Of a stretch of DNA of 61,317 bases, positions 9,716 through 19,998 are shown piece after piece. The DNA is taken from positions 1 through 61,317 of the forward strand of contig JAKZUU010000033.1 of the NCBI GenBank assembly GCA_047516405.1, read 5' to 3'. The notes below the pieces were generated by a model. It searched no databases and was not told the DNA's origin. It saw only the letters and a program-made list of their open reading frames with translations. Numbering within the stretch: the first letter of the stretch is position 1; the number at the start of each line of letters is the position of its first letter. This DNA comes from Nitrosopumilus sp. Its GTDB lineage: Archaea > Thermoproteota > Nitrososphaeria > Nitrososphaerales > Nitrosopumilaceae. The translations under genes and the position numbers were made by a program.

Positions 9716-11851
9716 TTAAATCTGAATTACTATAGCTGCTCTCTCGTTTTCATCTAATTCTTGTTTTACTGCATTTAGTATGTGCGAGGAGGATGTTAAA
9801 CTTGAATAATCGATCAATTTAAAATCATTTATCAGATAGACCTGAGGAGCAATATCGTTATTTCTTGACTCCAAAAATTCATCTAATTCTTCCAATATCG
9901 AAATTTTGCCTCCTTGGAAAACCCTTCCATTGTTTAAAAGCATCTTCGTCTTTCCAAATCTATCTAACACAAGAACAGGATGTCGGTTTTTCTTACTGAA
10001 AAAGCGTTTTTCAGTAATATGACCGTAAAAAACAAGATAGTGATCAGATTCAAAGCTTAAATCAATTAGTTCTTTTGAAATTTGAATCACTTCACTTGCT
10101 CTAGTTTTTGCTTCTTCTAAAGTAAACACATTTTTTGCGGTATCTGCACTGTCTAGTTCAACATTTCCAACTGCCGTAACCCTCAAAAGAGATTTTTCTG
10201 AGATGTACTTGCTATCAATCACAATTGATTCTGGAACTGCACCATTGTTTACCATAATTACATGGATTTTTTTATGTGCTAGACTGATCTGCTCGGTAGT
10301 CGGATTGACTATAGTCTGTTCAATCTCTTCTTGTAACATTGAGGATGCAACCCCTATTGATGATATTATCTCGGCATGTTTTGCTTTTTGATATTGAAAA
10401 CCTAGCTGTTTTGCAACAAATGGAACTAAAACAGAACAACCTCCGCCTCCTCCAATTATTTTTAAGGTTTTAGAATTTAATTTAATATCTTTGATCACTT
10501 TACTAATCGTCTTTGTAATTTCAAAAGACGCTGTTTGAATTATGGATTGTGCTATTTCAGAGAAAGTCACTCCGATATACTTTGCAAAAATTTCCATTGC
10601 AATTTTTGCAGATTCTTGATTTGCAAAAGCATAATCTTCTTCCTCAATCAATCCAAGGGCATTTGCAGCACATGTGTTAGTTATGGCATATGTATTTTTT
10701 TCACATTTTATAGCAGCATATTCATCAATATCTGTCTCTTTTGGTCTTATCATAATGATTTTTCCCGTCTTTAGTTCTTGTGGATCTGCAAAGCAGGCAT
10801 ATTTTAAGCCGGCAATATGGGCACTTCTAGGGCCTACCTTCCACACTCTGCTGTCTTTACATCTTACCATGCTGCCACCTGCAACCCCTAGTATTCTTAC
10901 ATCCATAGAACGAATACAAGTTGGATGATCCTTAATGGTAACGTATCTAAATTCAGGCCTTCCATTTTTTATAATAGAGATATTTGTACTTGTACCTCCA
11001 ACTTCAACGAAGATTCCATTTGTAACCTTGAGATGAAGCAGTGCGCCGGCAACACTTGCAGCCGGGCCTGATAAAATTGTAAGAATAGGTTTTGTTTTAA
11101 ACGTGTTCATACTGGTTATTCCTCCGTCCCCTTTCATGATCATCAGTGGGGCGTTTACACCTGCGTTACATATCGCCTCTTCTACGAATTTTGCGACCTG
11201 GAATGTCTTTGGAAGAACACTAGCATTGACTGCACTAGTTAGCGTTCGTATCTCTAATCCATACGTTCCAGAGATCTCATGAGATGCTGTAGACAAAATG
11301 CCAAGATCACTGGCATTTTTCATTACAAATAATTCGTTGGACGGATCATCAACGCCAAACGATTCTGTCGCCACTATGGTTTGAGCGCCCTGTTTTTGTA
11401 ATTCTTTTATGGCATTTTTTACCTCTTGTTCTGAAATTAAATGCGATGTATCCAAGAATGTATGGCACGTCTTGATGTCTTGATTAAAATTTATCTTTGC
11501 ATCTTGTAAGTTTGTGCGTTTAACAATATCTTTTTTTTCAGGTTTGACACCCATTGCAATAATTCCTATCTTTGAGGTATCAGATTCAAGTAACGCATTG
11601 ATTGCTTGAGTTGTACTGTGGGAGATTAGTTCAATATCATCAGTATTTATCTCAGATTCGCTCAAGATATTTGACAGTGCATGCAGTATGCCTTCTGAAA
11701 CCCCTTTTTCTGCATTGTGAGTTGTATGCACTGTAGATTTTGATATTATAAAACCTGTTTTTACATCGATGGCAACTGCTTTAGTAAATGTTCCACCTAC
11801 ATCTATCCCAACTCTTATCCTTCTTTTATGCTGTTCCATTGTCATTCTCAT
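9716..11851 (-). CDS. Hydantoinase/oxoprolinase family protein (HyuA-like, actin-like ATPase fold)
   Basis: GIDVGGTFT, HSTT, LSGPAAS and EVGGTST motifs; start may be a few codons downstream. Confidence 0.88.
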   Translation of the reverse strand: MRMTMEQHKRRIRVGIDVGGTFTKAVAIDVKTGFIISKSTVHTTHNAEKGVSEGILHALSNILSESEINTDDIELISHSTTQAINALLESDTSKIGIIAMGVKPEKKDIVKRTNLQDAKINFNQDIKTCHTFLDTSHLISEQEVKNAIKELQKQGAQTIVATESFGVDDPSNELFVMKNASDLGILSTASHEISGTYGLEIRTLTSAVNASVLPKTFQVAKFVEEAICNAGVNAPLMIMKGDGGITSMNTFKTKPILTILSGPAASVAGALLHLKVTNGIFVEVGGTSTNISIIKNGRPEFRYVTIKDHPTCIRSMDVRILGVAGGSMVRCKDSRVWKVGPRSAHIAGLKYACFADPQELKTGKIIMIRPKETDIDEYAAIKCEKNTYAITNTCAANALGLIEEEDYAFANQESAKIAMEIFAKYIGVTFSEIAQSIIQTASFEITKTISKVIKDIKLNSKTLKIIGGGGGCSVLVPFVAKQLGFQYQKAKHAEIISSIGVASSMLQEEIEQTIVNPTTEQISLAHKKIHVIMVNNGAVPESIVIDSKYISEKSLLRVTAVGNVELDSADTAKNVFTLEEAKTRASEVIQISKELIDLSFESDHYLVFYGHITEKRFFSKKNRHPVLVLDRFGKTKMLLNNGRVFQGGKISILEELDEFLESRNNDIAPQVYLINDFKLIDYSSLTSSSHILNAVKQELDENERAAIVIQI

Positions 11852-14066
11852 CTATCTGTCTTGATTTTCTTGACGCTAAAATTTGTCTCTCTCTTCTTGG
11901 TTTTAATATCAAGATATGTGCTATTGCAATTAAATAAATACTTAGTAATATTATCTGACCAATTACCGTCTCCAAAGTAGGATAAATTCCAGTCATTGCT
12001 GCAAGATTGATATCCAATCGTGGAATAATTCCAATCATTCCTGTATACGGCACTATCTCTAACACTTGCAATTCTCTTATTGCATTTCCCAAAAATGCAA
12101 TCGAGAGATATGCTCCTACTCCCATCGTCAATCCAAATAAGGCTCGTAGTGGCAACTTTTTGCCTAATTTTCTCATAATGTAATATATTCCTAAAAGAGA
12201 CACAATTCCAAAAACAAAACCTAAACCTACAAAACCTTCCATATGTTTGGCAAAACCTGACATTGCTTGGTAGAACAAAACTGTTTCAAATCCCTCTCTA
12301 TACACAGTAAAGAAAGATAGCATGACAAAGACCATCACACTTCCGGTTGTTGTCGCCTGCCATACTTTAGCCTTAACAAACTCCATCCATTTTTTATGTT
12401 CAATTTTATTTAGAACCCAAAAACTAACATAAAACAAAACTGCCGTTGCAGACAGAGCTGCAATCGCCTCAATCAATTCGCGATTGGCACCTGAAATTTC
12501 AATAATATATGAAGCAATTATCCATGTAACTGCCGTAGCGCCGAATGCGGCAATTATTCCATAGTAGATGTATTTTTTAAACTGGCTGTTCCTTGATGCT
12601 TCAAGATATGTCATAATGGCGCCAAGTATCAGCACTGATTCTAGCCCTTCTCTGAAAATTATTACAAATGATGAAGTAAATGCAATAGATGGCGCCAAAG
12701 TCCCTATACCAATCACTATTCTTTCTGATTCATCCAAATTCCTCTTGATTTCAATGGCGATTTCCTGCACCTTGTCATAATCTTCCTGCTGTTTTATCAT
12801 GTTTCTGAGTTCTGCAAACTGAAATTCAACCTCTAGCGTAAAATCAGGATCGATTGTTCGCAAAGGAATCTCTACAAATTCATAGCTGTCCAAGTACGCT
12901 GTCCTTGCTGATGTATATGCAGATTGATAATCCCCCTGTCTGTATTGTACTAACATAACTTGAAGCGTATCACGTATAAAATCAATCTCGTTTTTTACAC
13001 TTGATTTTTCTTGCTCTGTTGTGCCACCTGCCGTCCTGAATTCTTCATCTAAAGCCTCATTAGCCGTATCAGTTTTCACAAGTGTCTGTACTTTTTGCTC
13101 TGCATCGTAAAGATCAGGCAATATTGTATCTTCTAGAAATATTCTAATTGTTTCTGAATCTTGTTTATTTTTTATCATGTTGCGGAGTTCCTCACGCATA
13201 TCTATCTCTAATGTATACAGCAGATCTGAGTCAACTTCTTCTATGTCTGCCTCAAGATATTCAAAGTTTTCAAGATATGCCTCTATTGCCAATTCTTCTG
13301 CAGTTGTATAGTCCCCATCATTCACTGCAACAACTAGCTCTTTGTACAATTTACGAATTGTATCATAGAGCTCATGTTCGTCGTAGCCTGTTGTTTCAGT
13401 TCCTACAAGATCTCTGTTTATTGTAGTGATAAGAGTGCCAATTGAAACAAAATTATCCTTATTTTTTATCTTGTCTTGAAGCTCAATCATAAAAGATTCT
13501 ATCTCCAATGCTAGGCGCTGATTAAAATCAGCTTCTCCAAACAACTCAAAAGAACTATTCATCAAATCTACAGAAAACTGATACAAAGTTTGATCATCTT
13601 CATTTATTGCGATCTGGTATTGTTCGTCAACTATTATCAGAATTTCTGCTATTGTTTTTTTATAATCTGGAGAACCAATCTCGTATGTTTTCAGTAAGTC
13701 TTTTACTACAGAAATATTTGTCAGTAATTCTTCCGAACTGGAAATTCCTATATTGCTATGAATGTCTAAAAGCAGAATGTGAATCTCATCAGTTATTTCA
13801 GAATCAGCTTGTCTTAGAGTCTGCAGCTGCAATGGAAATATTTCTGTGTTGATTTTTGAGATTCGTTTTGTTGCCCCTGCATCTCCATTTTCTAACTCTT
13901 CAGTCATTATATCTAGAGAAATCTCCAGCACTGTAGTGGTGTACAGGACAGAGGTGTCTATATCTGAAGAGGATTGGGCATATATTTGAAAATTAGGAAT
14001 TAAGGCAAAAGCAAGTATAAGAACGAAAAAAATCCTGACACTATTCTTTGATAAATACAAGTTCAT
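11826..14066 (-). CDS. FTR1-family high-affinity iron permease with large N-terminal extracytoplasmic domain
   Basis: Two REGxE motifs (REGLE, REGFE) in a C-terminal multi-TM domain; signal peptide. Confidence 0.92.
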   Translation of the reverse strand: MNLYLSKNSVRIFFVLILAFALIPNFQIYAQSSSDIDTSVLYTTTVLEISLDIMTEELENGDAGATKRISKINTEIFPLQLQTLRQADSEITDEIHILLLDIHSNIGISSSEELLTNISVVKDLLKTYEIGSPDYKKTIAEILIIVDEQYQIAINEDDQTLYQFSVDLMNSSFELFGEADFNQRLALEIESFMIELQDKIKNKDNFVSIGTLITTINRDLVGTETTGYDEHELYDTIRKLYKELVVAVNDGDYTTAEELAIEAYLENFEYLEADIEEVDSDLLYTLEIDMREELRNMIKNKQDSETIRIFLEDTILPDLYDAEQKVQTLVKTDTANEALDEEFRTAGGTTEQEKSSVKNEIDFIRDTLQVMLVQYRQGDYQSAYTSARTAYLDSYEFVEIPLRTIDPDFTLEVEFQFAELRNMIKQQEDYDKVQEIAIEIKRNLDESERIVIGIGTLAPSIAFTSSFVIIFREGLESVLILGAIMTYLEASRNSQFKKYIYYGIIAAFGATAVTWIIASYIIEISGANRELIEAIAALSATAVLFYVSFWVLNKIEHKKWMEFVKAKVWQATTTGSVMVFVMLSFFTVYREGFETVLFYQAMSGFAKHMEGFVGLGFVFGIVSLLGIYYIMRKLGKKLPLRALFGLTMGVGAYLSIAFLGNAIRELQVLEIVPYTGMIGIIPRLDINLAAMTGIYPTLETVIGQIILLSIYLIAIAHILILKPRRERQILASRKSRQIDENDNGTA

Positions 14067-14363
14067 AAGAAATCACGACGAACTTTATTTAAAGCAGATA
14101 GTTATTCTAAAGACTTAGAATCACACTATCCCTTAAAATCGGTTTTTATACACTATTTCGTTCTTTACATTTTGTCTCTTACGCCTACACGCTATCTTCA
14201 TTTGCAACTGATGCTAAACGGCATTTTGCATATATGCCGCATTTTTTCAATCTTAAATCTCTGATCGAGTCTACAAAATTTCTACACGTTTTCTTCTTCT
14301 ACACTCTGTCTAACTTTAAGAATAATTACAGTTTTAGACAAAATGCATATGGTGTGGCATAAG

Positions 14364-14438
14364 TGGGCCCAAAGGGCTTCGATCCCTTGACCATTGGATT
14401 AGAAGTCCAACACTCTATCCATGCTGAGCTATAGGCCC
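14364..14438 (-). tRNA. tRNA-Arg(TCT)
   Basis: Reverse complement GGGCCTATAGCTCAGCATGGATAGAG...TTGGA-CTTCTAA-TCCAA...AAGGGATCGAAGCCCTTTGGGCCCA folds as a cloverleaf; no intron. Confidence 0.95.
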
Positions 14439-14910
14439 AAAAACCTAGCAATTAATTCCCATTTTAAGGGTTTAGTAAAAATTATTTGGTGCCGCCTGAA
14501 GATGCACGCGTTATTCTAAATATATCTTGGAGAAGACGATTGTATCTGTATTTAATCTTCACACATACATGATTTGTAGTTATTGACATACTCGGAGAAC
14601 TTTCTAATCAAAGCATGAATTTGAAATACCTTCATTACACTCTTTGTTTTTTTAATGTCAAACATGAACAGATACGAATTCCTTTTTATCTACATCTCCT
14701 GACTTGTTGTCTCTATGACATCAAGATGATATTGGGATGCACCAATACCGACATAACTGTATATTGTCTAACCAGTGAGCTCAAGCAGCAATATATGTTG
14801 ACACACTCATTTCATCTCATCTACTTTCTTGACAAACTTGAGAGATTGGCTACACTACTATTGTTATGATACATATTCAAATTTGGGTATTACAATTGCT
14901 TTACTATTAA

Positions 14911-15759
14911 TTACATCCATTTTTTTTGATAACTGTCTCTCTCCATTTTAAACAGAAACTGCTGTGCATATCCTGCATATGGTCCAAATTGATCCTTGAT
15001 TTTCTTGTGAAGAATACCATATTGTTTCTCAGTTATGGTTTTAGTTTCTAGTTGAAATTGTTCTGTATAGTATTTATTTAAAATTCTGATCATCCATCTG
15101 TCTAATGGAAATGCTTCTAATTTGTTCAATGAAAATAATAAAATACAGTCTGCTACCTTGTTTCCCACTCCTGGAATGAGACAAATCTTTTCTTTTGCAT
15201 CTTGATAACTGCATCTTTTCAAGTATTGAAAATCAATCTTATCGGACATTGTCATATTTGCCGCCTCTTTGATAAATCGCGCACGATATCCCACCCCACA
15301 ACTCTTAATCTCATCTATTGATGCTTGTGCAAGCCTCTCTGGTTTGGGAAATAAGAAAAACTCCTGATCTTCAAATGTCGCTTTAACTCCAAATTTCTCA
15401 GATATCTTCTCTAAACTAGTTCTAATCTTTTGAATGCTAGAGTTTGAGGAGACAATAAACGAAATCAAACATTGAAACGGATCTTGGCGTAGTATTCGCA
15501 ATCCTGGATACTGTTTTACAGCTTTCTGTGTAATCTTATCTCTTGAAATCGATTTCATTATTTTTTCAATATTGTCTTTTTTTCTAAAAAAATCCGTCTT
15601 GATATTTTGGTACGATCTTATATTTGCAAAGTCATCAATCCTTAGAATGTCTTGACCGTTAACACCATACCAACAACTGTTCTCTCTTCTCCAAAGAAAT
15701 ACCTGTCCGCTATTAATTGAATCTTTGACACTTATTGTATTGACGCTATTGCTTTGCAA
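14911..15759 (-). CDS. 8-oxoguanine DNA glycosylase/AP lyase (HhH-GPD family)
   Basis: SGQVF N-terminus, LRILRQDP, HhH IPGVGNKVAD, FPLD. Confidence 0.88.
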   Translation of the reverse strand: MQSNSVNTISVKDSINSGQVFLWRRENSCWYGVNGQDILRIDDFANIRSYQNIKTDFFRKKDNIEKIMKSISRDKITQKAVKQYPGLRILRQDPFQCLISFIVSSNSSIQKIRTSLEKISEKFGVKATFEDQEFFLFPKPERLAQASIDEIKSCGVGYRARFIKEAANMTMSDKIDFQYLKRCSYQDAKEKICLIPGVGNKVADCILLFSLNKLEAFPLDRWMIRILNKYYTEQFQLETKTITEKQYGILHKKIKDQFGPYAGYAQQFLFKMERDSYQKKWM

Positions 15760-15760
15760 C

Positions 15761-17026
15761 TTAAACCGATATCTGATCGTTAACTGCAGGTGCGTACGCC
15801 TCTAATCCAAATTTTTCATGAATCTCTTGTGCAAACATCTCACAGGATTCAGAATCTCCATGAACTGTCCACACTTTTGGGTCTCCTCTGATCTTCTTGA
15901 TCATCGCAAATAATTCCTTCCTGTCTGCATGTCCAGAAAATTCAAACTGTTTGACTTGTGCTTTAACACGCAAGTCTTTTCCTCTAGTTGAAACCATCCC
16001 TGTATCCAGTAATTTTTTCCCTGGCGTGCCCTCTCCTTGATATGAAACAAGAGCTATTCCATTTTTGCTATCAAAAGACAGTTGTTGCAAGTAATATACT
16101 GCATTTCCTCCAACCAACATTCCTGCAGGAGATATCACCACACAGGGTTCATTCATTGCCTGTTTTCTTTCGGCATGTTCTTTAATTGCAGTCGAACTCT
16201 TAATTGCCTCCGAAAACATTTTAGGATCTCTTAGATATTCCATATGCCTGAACATTATCTCATTTACTTTCAGTGCCATTCCATCCATTATGATCTTATG
16301 TTTGAAATTTGCGTTTCTTAAAATGCATGCCATCTCCTGGGAACGTTCAACTGAAAATGATGGAATAAACAATATTCCTTTTCTATCCATCACCTCATTT
16401 GCAAATTCTATTAATTCTGCCTCTGATTCTCTTCTTGGTTTTTGCTCTGTCTTGGCATAGGTACTCTCAGTGATTAGCAGGTCTATCTGGCCTATATCCA
16501 TATCCATCTCTCGTAGCATTCGTGAACCATTTGTTTTAATATCTCCTGTATAGAAGAGCCGTTTGTTATCTGATTCCACCAGAACAGTACTGCCGCCAAT
16601 TACGTGCCCTGACTCTCTTAGTTCAAAAGTGGCATCTCCTTTGGTAACTTTTTGTCTAAATCCTATCTCTTTTGCATTCTTTCTCATGTTGTTTAGCTCT
16701 GGCAGATCAAACGCATGTGCATTTTTTTCAATCTTTAACATATCCTCAATTAACAGTTTTGTGAGATCAAATGTTGGAGGAGTAGCATAAACATCTGTAT
16801 TTCCGCTTACAAAAAGTGACGGAACATTTCCTGAATGGTCCAAATGAGCATGAGTAATTATAATTGCGTCCAAATCTTTGGGTTTTACATGGAGAGGATA
16901 CTGTGGAGGCAAGCCACGTCTTCCAAATAATACCCCATAATCAAGTAACAATTTTGTTCCATTACAGTTCACTAAAAAGCCGGACCTGCCCACTTCGTTT
17001 GCCGCGCCTAAAATTTTTACATCCAA
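15761..17026 (-). CDS. MBL-fold beta-CASP ribonuclease (aCPSF2-like)
   Basis: LGAANEVGRS, THAHLDH, TESTY, FSGHAD and VHGD motifs. Confidence 0.9.
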   Translation of the reverse strand: MDVKILGAANEVGRSGFLVNCNGTKLLLDYGVLFGRRGLPPQYPLHVKPKDLDAIIITHAHLDHSGNVPSLFVSGNTDVYATPPTFDLTKLLIEDMLKIEKNAHAFDLPELNNMRKNAKEIGFRQKVTKGDATFELRESGHVIGGSTVLVESDNKRLFYTGDIKTNGSRMLREMDMDIGQIDLLITESTYAKTEQKPRRESEAELIEFANEVMDRKGILFIPSFSVERSQEMACILRNANFKHKIIMDGMALKVNEIMFRHMEYLRDPKMFSEAIKSSTAIKEHAERKQAMNEPCVVISPAGMLVGGNAVYYLQQLSFDSKNGIALVSYQGEGTPGKKLLDTGMVSTRGKDLRVKAQVKQFEFSGHADRKELFAMIKKIRGDPKVWTVHGDSESCEMFAQEIHEKFGLEAYAPAVNDQISV

Positions 17027-17138
17027 GGTTTAGTCTGAAATTTTACTATGTTAAAACCTTTTTAGATGCTATTTGTTGATTATATTCTTTATAGAATCGC
17101 CACAAGCTTTAATTAGTGTCAGCTAAGATTTTAACCTC

Positions 17139-17351
17139 ATGGGAAGAAGCTACCAAGAATGGATAGGACAGCAAAATCAAGACGTCGTCGCTAAAACACG
17201 TGCAGGCGACGAGGGAAATAAGCCGCTCCTAAACCAAATTAACTGGATTTGGGTTAAGAATCTGATGGACAAAAGAGCAGACCTGAATCCTTCTTCAGCA
17301 GAGCTACTTGACTGGGTTACTTCTGGTCAAATAGATGCAATGAGAAAATAA
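17139..17351 (+). CDS. Small conserved hypothetical protein
   Basis: 70-aa ORF with upstream TATA-like TTTAATTA and downstream T-tract. Confidence 0.65.
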   Translation: MGRSYQEWIGQQNQDVVAKTRAGDEGNKPLLNQINWIWVKNLMDKRADLNPSSAELLDWVTSGQIDAMRK

Positions 17352-17459
17352 ACGTGTATATCACGTTATCTTTTTGTTTTTTAAATTTTTCAATCTAGAT
17401 TATGCGCATATATCTTGCCTAACTGCATTTCATAACAGAGTTATAGCTTTGAATCATGG

Positions 17460-17467
17460 TTTAAATA
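17460..17467 (+). promoter_or_regulatory. Putative TATA box of the ferredoxin gene
   Basis: TTTAAATA about 26 nt before ATG 17493. Confidence 0.5.
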
Positions 17468-17492
17468 GTGACTTGCTGTTAGTAATTTTGTA

Positions 17493-17795
17493 ATGCCAAT
17501 AGCAATACTTCCCGACATTGACGAGCAAAGATGTATCGGATGTGCACTATGTGTAGAAATCTGTACAACTCTTGGTCCTGATGTCCTTAGAGTAAAACCT
17601 GTTGAAGGATGGAAGAGAGGTAAAGCATTTGTCTTTTATCCAGAAAGATGTATTTCTGATGGTGCATGCATCGGCGTGTGCCCAACAAAATCAATCTTTT
17701 GGATGAGACCAATGAATTACACCGCTGGACAACCAGTACCTCTTCATAAAAACGGCGTCTTCATCAAGGGTTGGGCAGAAGACGCAGCACTATAA
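17493..17795 (+). CDS. 2x[4Fe-4S] ferredoxin
   Basis: CIGCALCVEIC and CISDGACIGVCP (one Cys replaced by Asp). Confidence 0.93.
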   Translation: MPIAILPDIDEQRCIGCALCVEICTTLGPDVLRVKPVEGWKRGKAFVFYPERCISDGACIGVCPTKSIFWMRPMNYTAGQPVPLHKNGVFIKGWAEDAAL

Positions 17796-17822
17796 TCTGA
17801 ATCTTTAGCACATTCTTTTTTC

Positions 17823-19343
17823 TTATTTTTGTTTATTAAGAGATCTTCTCTTGATCTCTTTTGGCAGATTCTTTACAAAATATTTTAAAAATTTATCTTC
17901 TTTATTGTAGTGTATCTCTGAGAACTTGTTATGCGTAAAGAAATCTTTCCACGTCTCTTCAAATACAGGAAATTCATTTGGGTTCCAGTCTACTCTGGCA
18001 GTTTCGTGATGCGCAGCTGGAAATATATCTGAAATCTCAATTGGAATTAATCCTAGATGTGGACTGTATTGACAAACCTGTAAAGACTCAAAATTTTTGA
18101 ATTTTTTCTTTAAATTGACATATTGATAAGACAGGTATCCAGGTTTTGTGTTTGATTCCTCCATGATGGCAAGTTTGTCTTTTTTTGATTTGAATCTTCT
18201 GACTATTTTATGAAATGCTTGTACCTCTGGCCTAAATTGATCCTCTTTACTGTACAGGAATATGGCCTTCTCTTTGAATTTTGGTGTACTCAGGCCAAGG
18301 AACTCATAATTTTCTGTCATCACCTCGATCATCTCAAATAATCTTGGATGGGCTCTAGCTTTTTTTATCACATATTCCCACAATCTTCCCTCATAGATTG
18401 CCTGTTTTGTTTTATCAACCTCGAGTTTTATTGCATGCAAATTATGAATTGCTAGTTCGTTAATCTTTTTAGTCGTCTCCAGCTGCCGAAATTCATCAGG
18501 GGTATATTTTGAGCATATTTCACAATTACATGGGAATACGACAACATCTGCTAAATATCGTGTGCCATCATCTGTCATGTATCTTAACTGTTTAGCATAA
18601 AGCATGTATGATGCTGAATCAAACGTATCACATCCCAAAGCAATCGCAAACGGTATTGTAAGAGGATGTCCTGCACCAAAAAGATGCAATGGAATAGAGT
18701 GTGGCATCTGTTTCTTTGCAGCGATTATCATCTGTGCCAATAATCTATATTCGTATGACTCCATGAATTCAACCGGACTTCCTAAAGCAAGCATTTGAAA
18801 GCCCATATTTACCAAGCTCCTAGTCGCTCTTTTAACAAGATCAAAGTGTTCTCCCCCTTGAATTGGACCAATCCAAATTTGACCATTGTCCACTTTGTTC
18901 TCAAGTGTTTGTTTTGAAACTTTGAGAGTATGTTCTACATATGCTTTAGCTTTTTTAATTGGCATCTGATATCCTGTTGGTTTGTCAAGCGGAATTGCAA
19001 AATCAGTCATGATTTCTTTCTCAAATTCCGCCATTTCCGGTGGCATAATCTCTAGATCTCCGTATTCAAGAACTTGATACCCTCCGGAATCAGTCATGAT
19101 TCCGCCATCAAAATCAATTATTTTATGAATTCCCTCTTTTGTTGCTTTATTGCCATAATTGTTCATTGTAATGTATGCATTAGTAATTACCAGCTCAAAA
19201 CCAATCTCTTTGATTTTTTTAGATGAAATTGTCTGTTTTACCGGATGAATCACTGGAACAAACGCCGGAGTCTGAATTTTTCCATGATTTGTATATAGGG
19301 TACCTATTCTTCCAGCCAAGTCCGTTTTAGAGATTTCAAACAA
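17823..19343 (-). CDS. tgtA: Archaeosine tRNA-guanine(15) transglycosylase
   Basis: TPAFVPV, MTDSGGYQ, HLFGAGHP, DTFDSA and Zn site CNCEIC. Confidence 0.95.
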   Translation of the reverse strand: MFEISKTDLAGRIGTLYTNHGKIQTPAFVPVIHPVKQTISSKKIKEIGFELVITNAYITMNNYGNKATKEGIHKIIDFDGGIMTDSGGYQVLEYGDLEIMPPEMAEFEKEIMTDFAIPLDKPTGYQMPIKKAKAYVEHTLKVSKQTLENKVDNGQIWIGPIQGGEHFDLVKRATRSLVNMGFQMLALGSPVEFMESYEYRLLAQMIIAAKKQMPHSIPLHLFGAGHPLTIPFAIALGCDTFDSASYMLYAKQLRYMTDDGTRYLADVVVFPCNCEICSKYTPDEFRQLETTKKINELAIHNLHAIKLEVDKTKQAIYEGRLWEYVIKKARAHPRLFEMIEVMTENYEFLGLSTPKFKEKAIFLYSKEDQFRPEVQAFHKIVRRFKSKKDKLAIMEESNTKPGYLSYQYVNLKKKFKNFESLQVCQYSPHLGLIPIEISDIFPAAHHETARVDWNPNEFPVFEETWKDFFTHNKFSEIHYNKEDKFLKYFVKNLPKEIKRRSLNKQK

Positions 19344-19374
19344 GTAACAACATACAGTTAAAGGGATTATTTAA

Positions 19375-19947
19375 TCAATCAACAAAAAATTCCTTTAAAT
19401 CGTCGTTCTCTCTTACCAATTCAAGCCAATCCACATCTTCCTCTTTTTTTATATGATCTCCGTGATTTGAAATCACAGTAATTATTTCCTCTACTACTTT
19501 TTGTATGCTTTTTTTACTGACATTGATTTGAAACGCCTTTTCATGAAATTTACTTTTTACATCATTTGCAATTACGCCTAATATCTCACTTGCCGCGTTC
19601 TCCTTTGTCTTTTTATCTGAATATCCTCTTTCTCTATATACTGGCATCAGCTCGTATGGGTTCCTTCTTAAAACAATCACTATTCTGACGTTATTTTTAT
19701 CACAAACATAAGGTGCCAAATGACCCACAACTACATTTTTTCTAGGAAATTCTTGTTCAAATATACTCTTTAATTTTTCCGTATCTACATCGTTGGTATC
19801 TCCATCTCTTTGAAATAACTTGAAATCTTCTGCTACTTTGTTGATATCAAGTATTGGCAACGCCAGTCTTTGCGCAATTTTTTTTGCAACAGTATGTTTA
19901 CCAACACCAGGATTTCCAGTAATGACTATTGACATAAATGAGATCAT
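19375..19947 (-). CDS. Adenylate kinase, AK6/Fap7-like
   Basis: P-loop GNPGVGKH, VVVGHL, RGY motif; start may be 19935. Confidence 0.8.
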   Translation of the reverse strand: MISFMSIVITGNPGVGKHTVAKKIAQRLALPILDINKVAEDFKLFQRDGDTNDVDTEKLKSIFEQEFPRKNVVVGHLAPYVCDKNNVRIVIVLRRNPYELMPVYRERGYSDKKTKENAASEILGVIANDVKSKFHEKAFQINVSKKSIQKVVEEIITVISNHGDHIKKEEDVDWLELVRENDDLKEFFVD

Positions 19948-19998
19948 AGTTACCTAGTTTAAACAATTTCTGTAATACTAATAAGTAGAATTAGTTAC

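Noticed and set aside
14615..14869. 84-aa ORF in the spacer beside tRNA-Arg
   Set aside because: Atypical composition and no motif; likely non-coding or decayed sequence.
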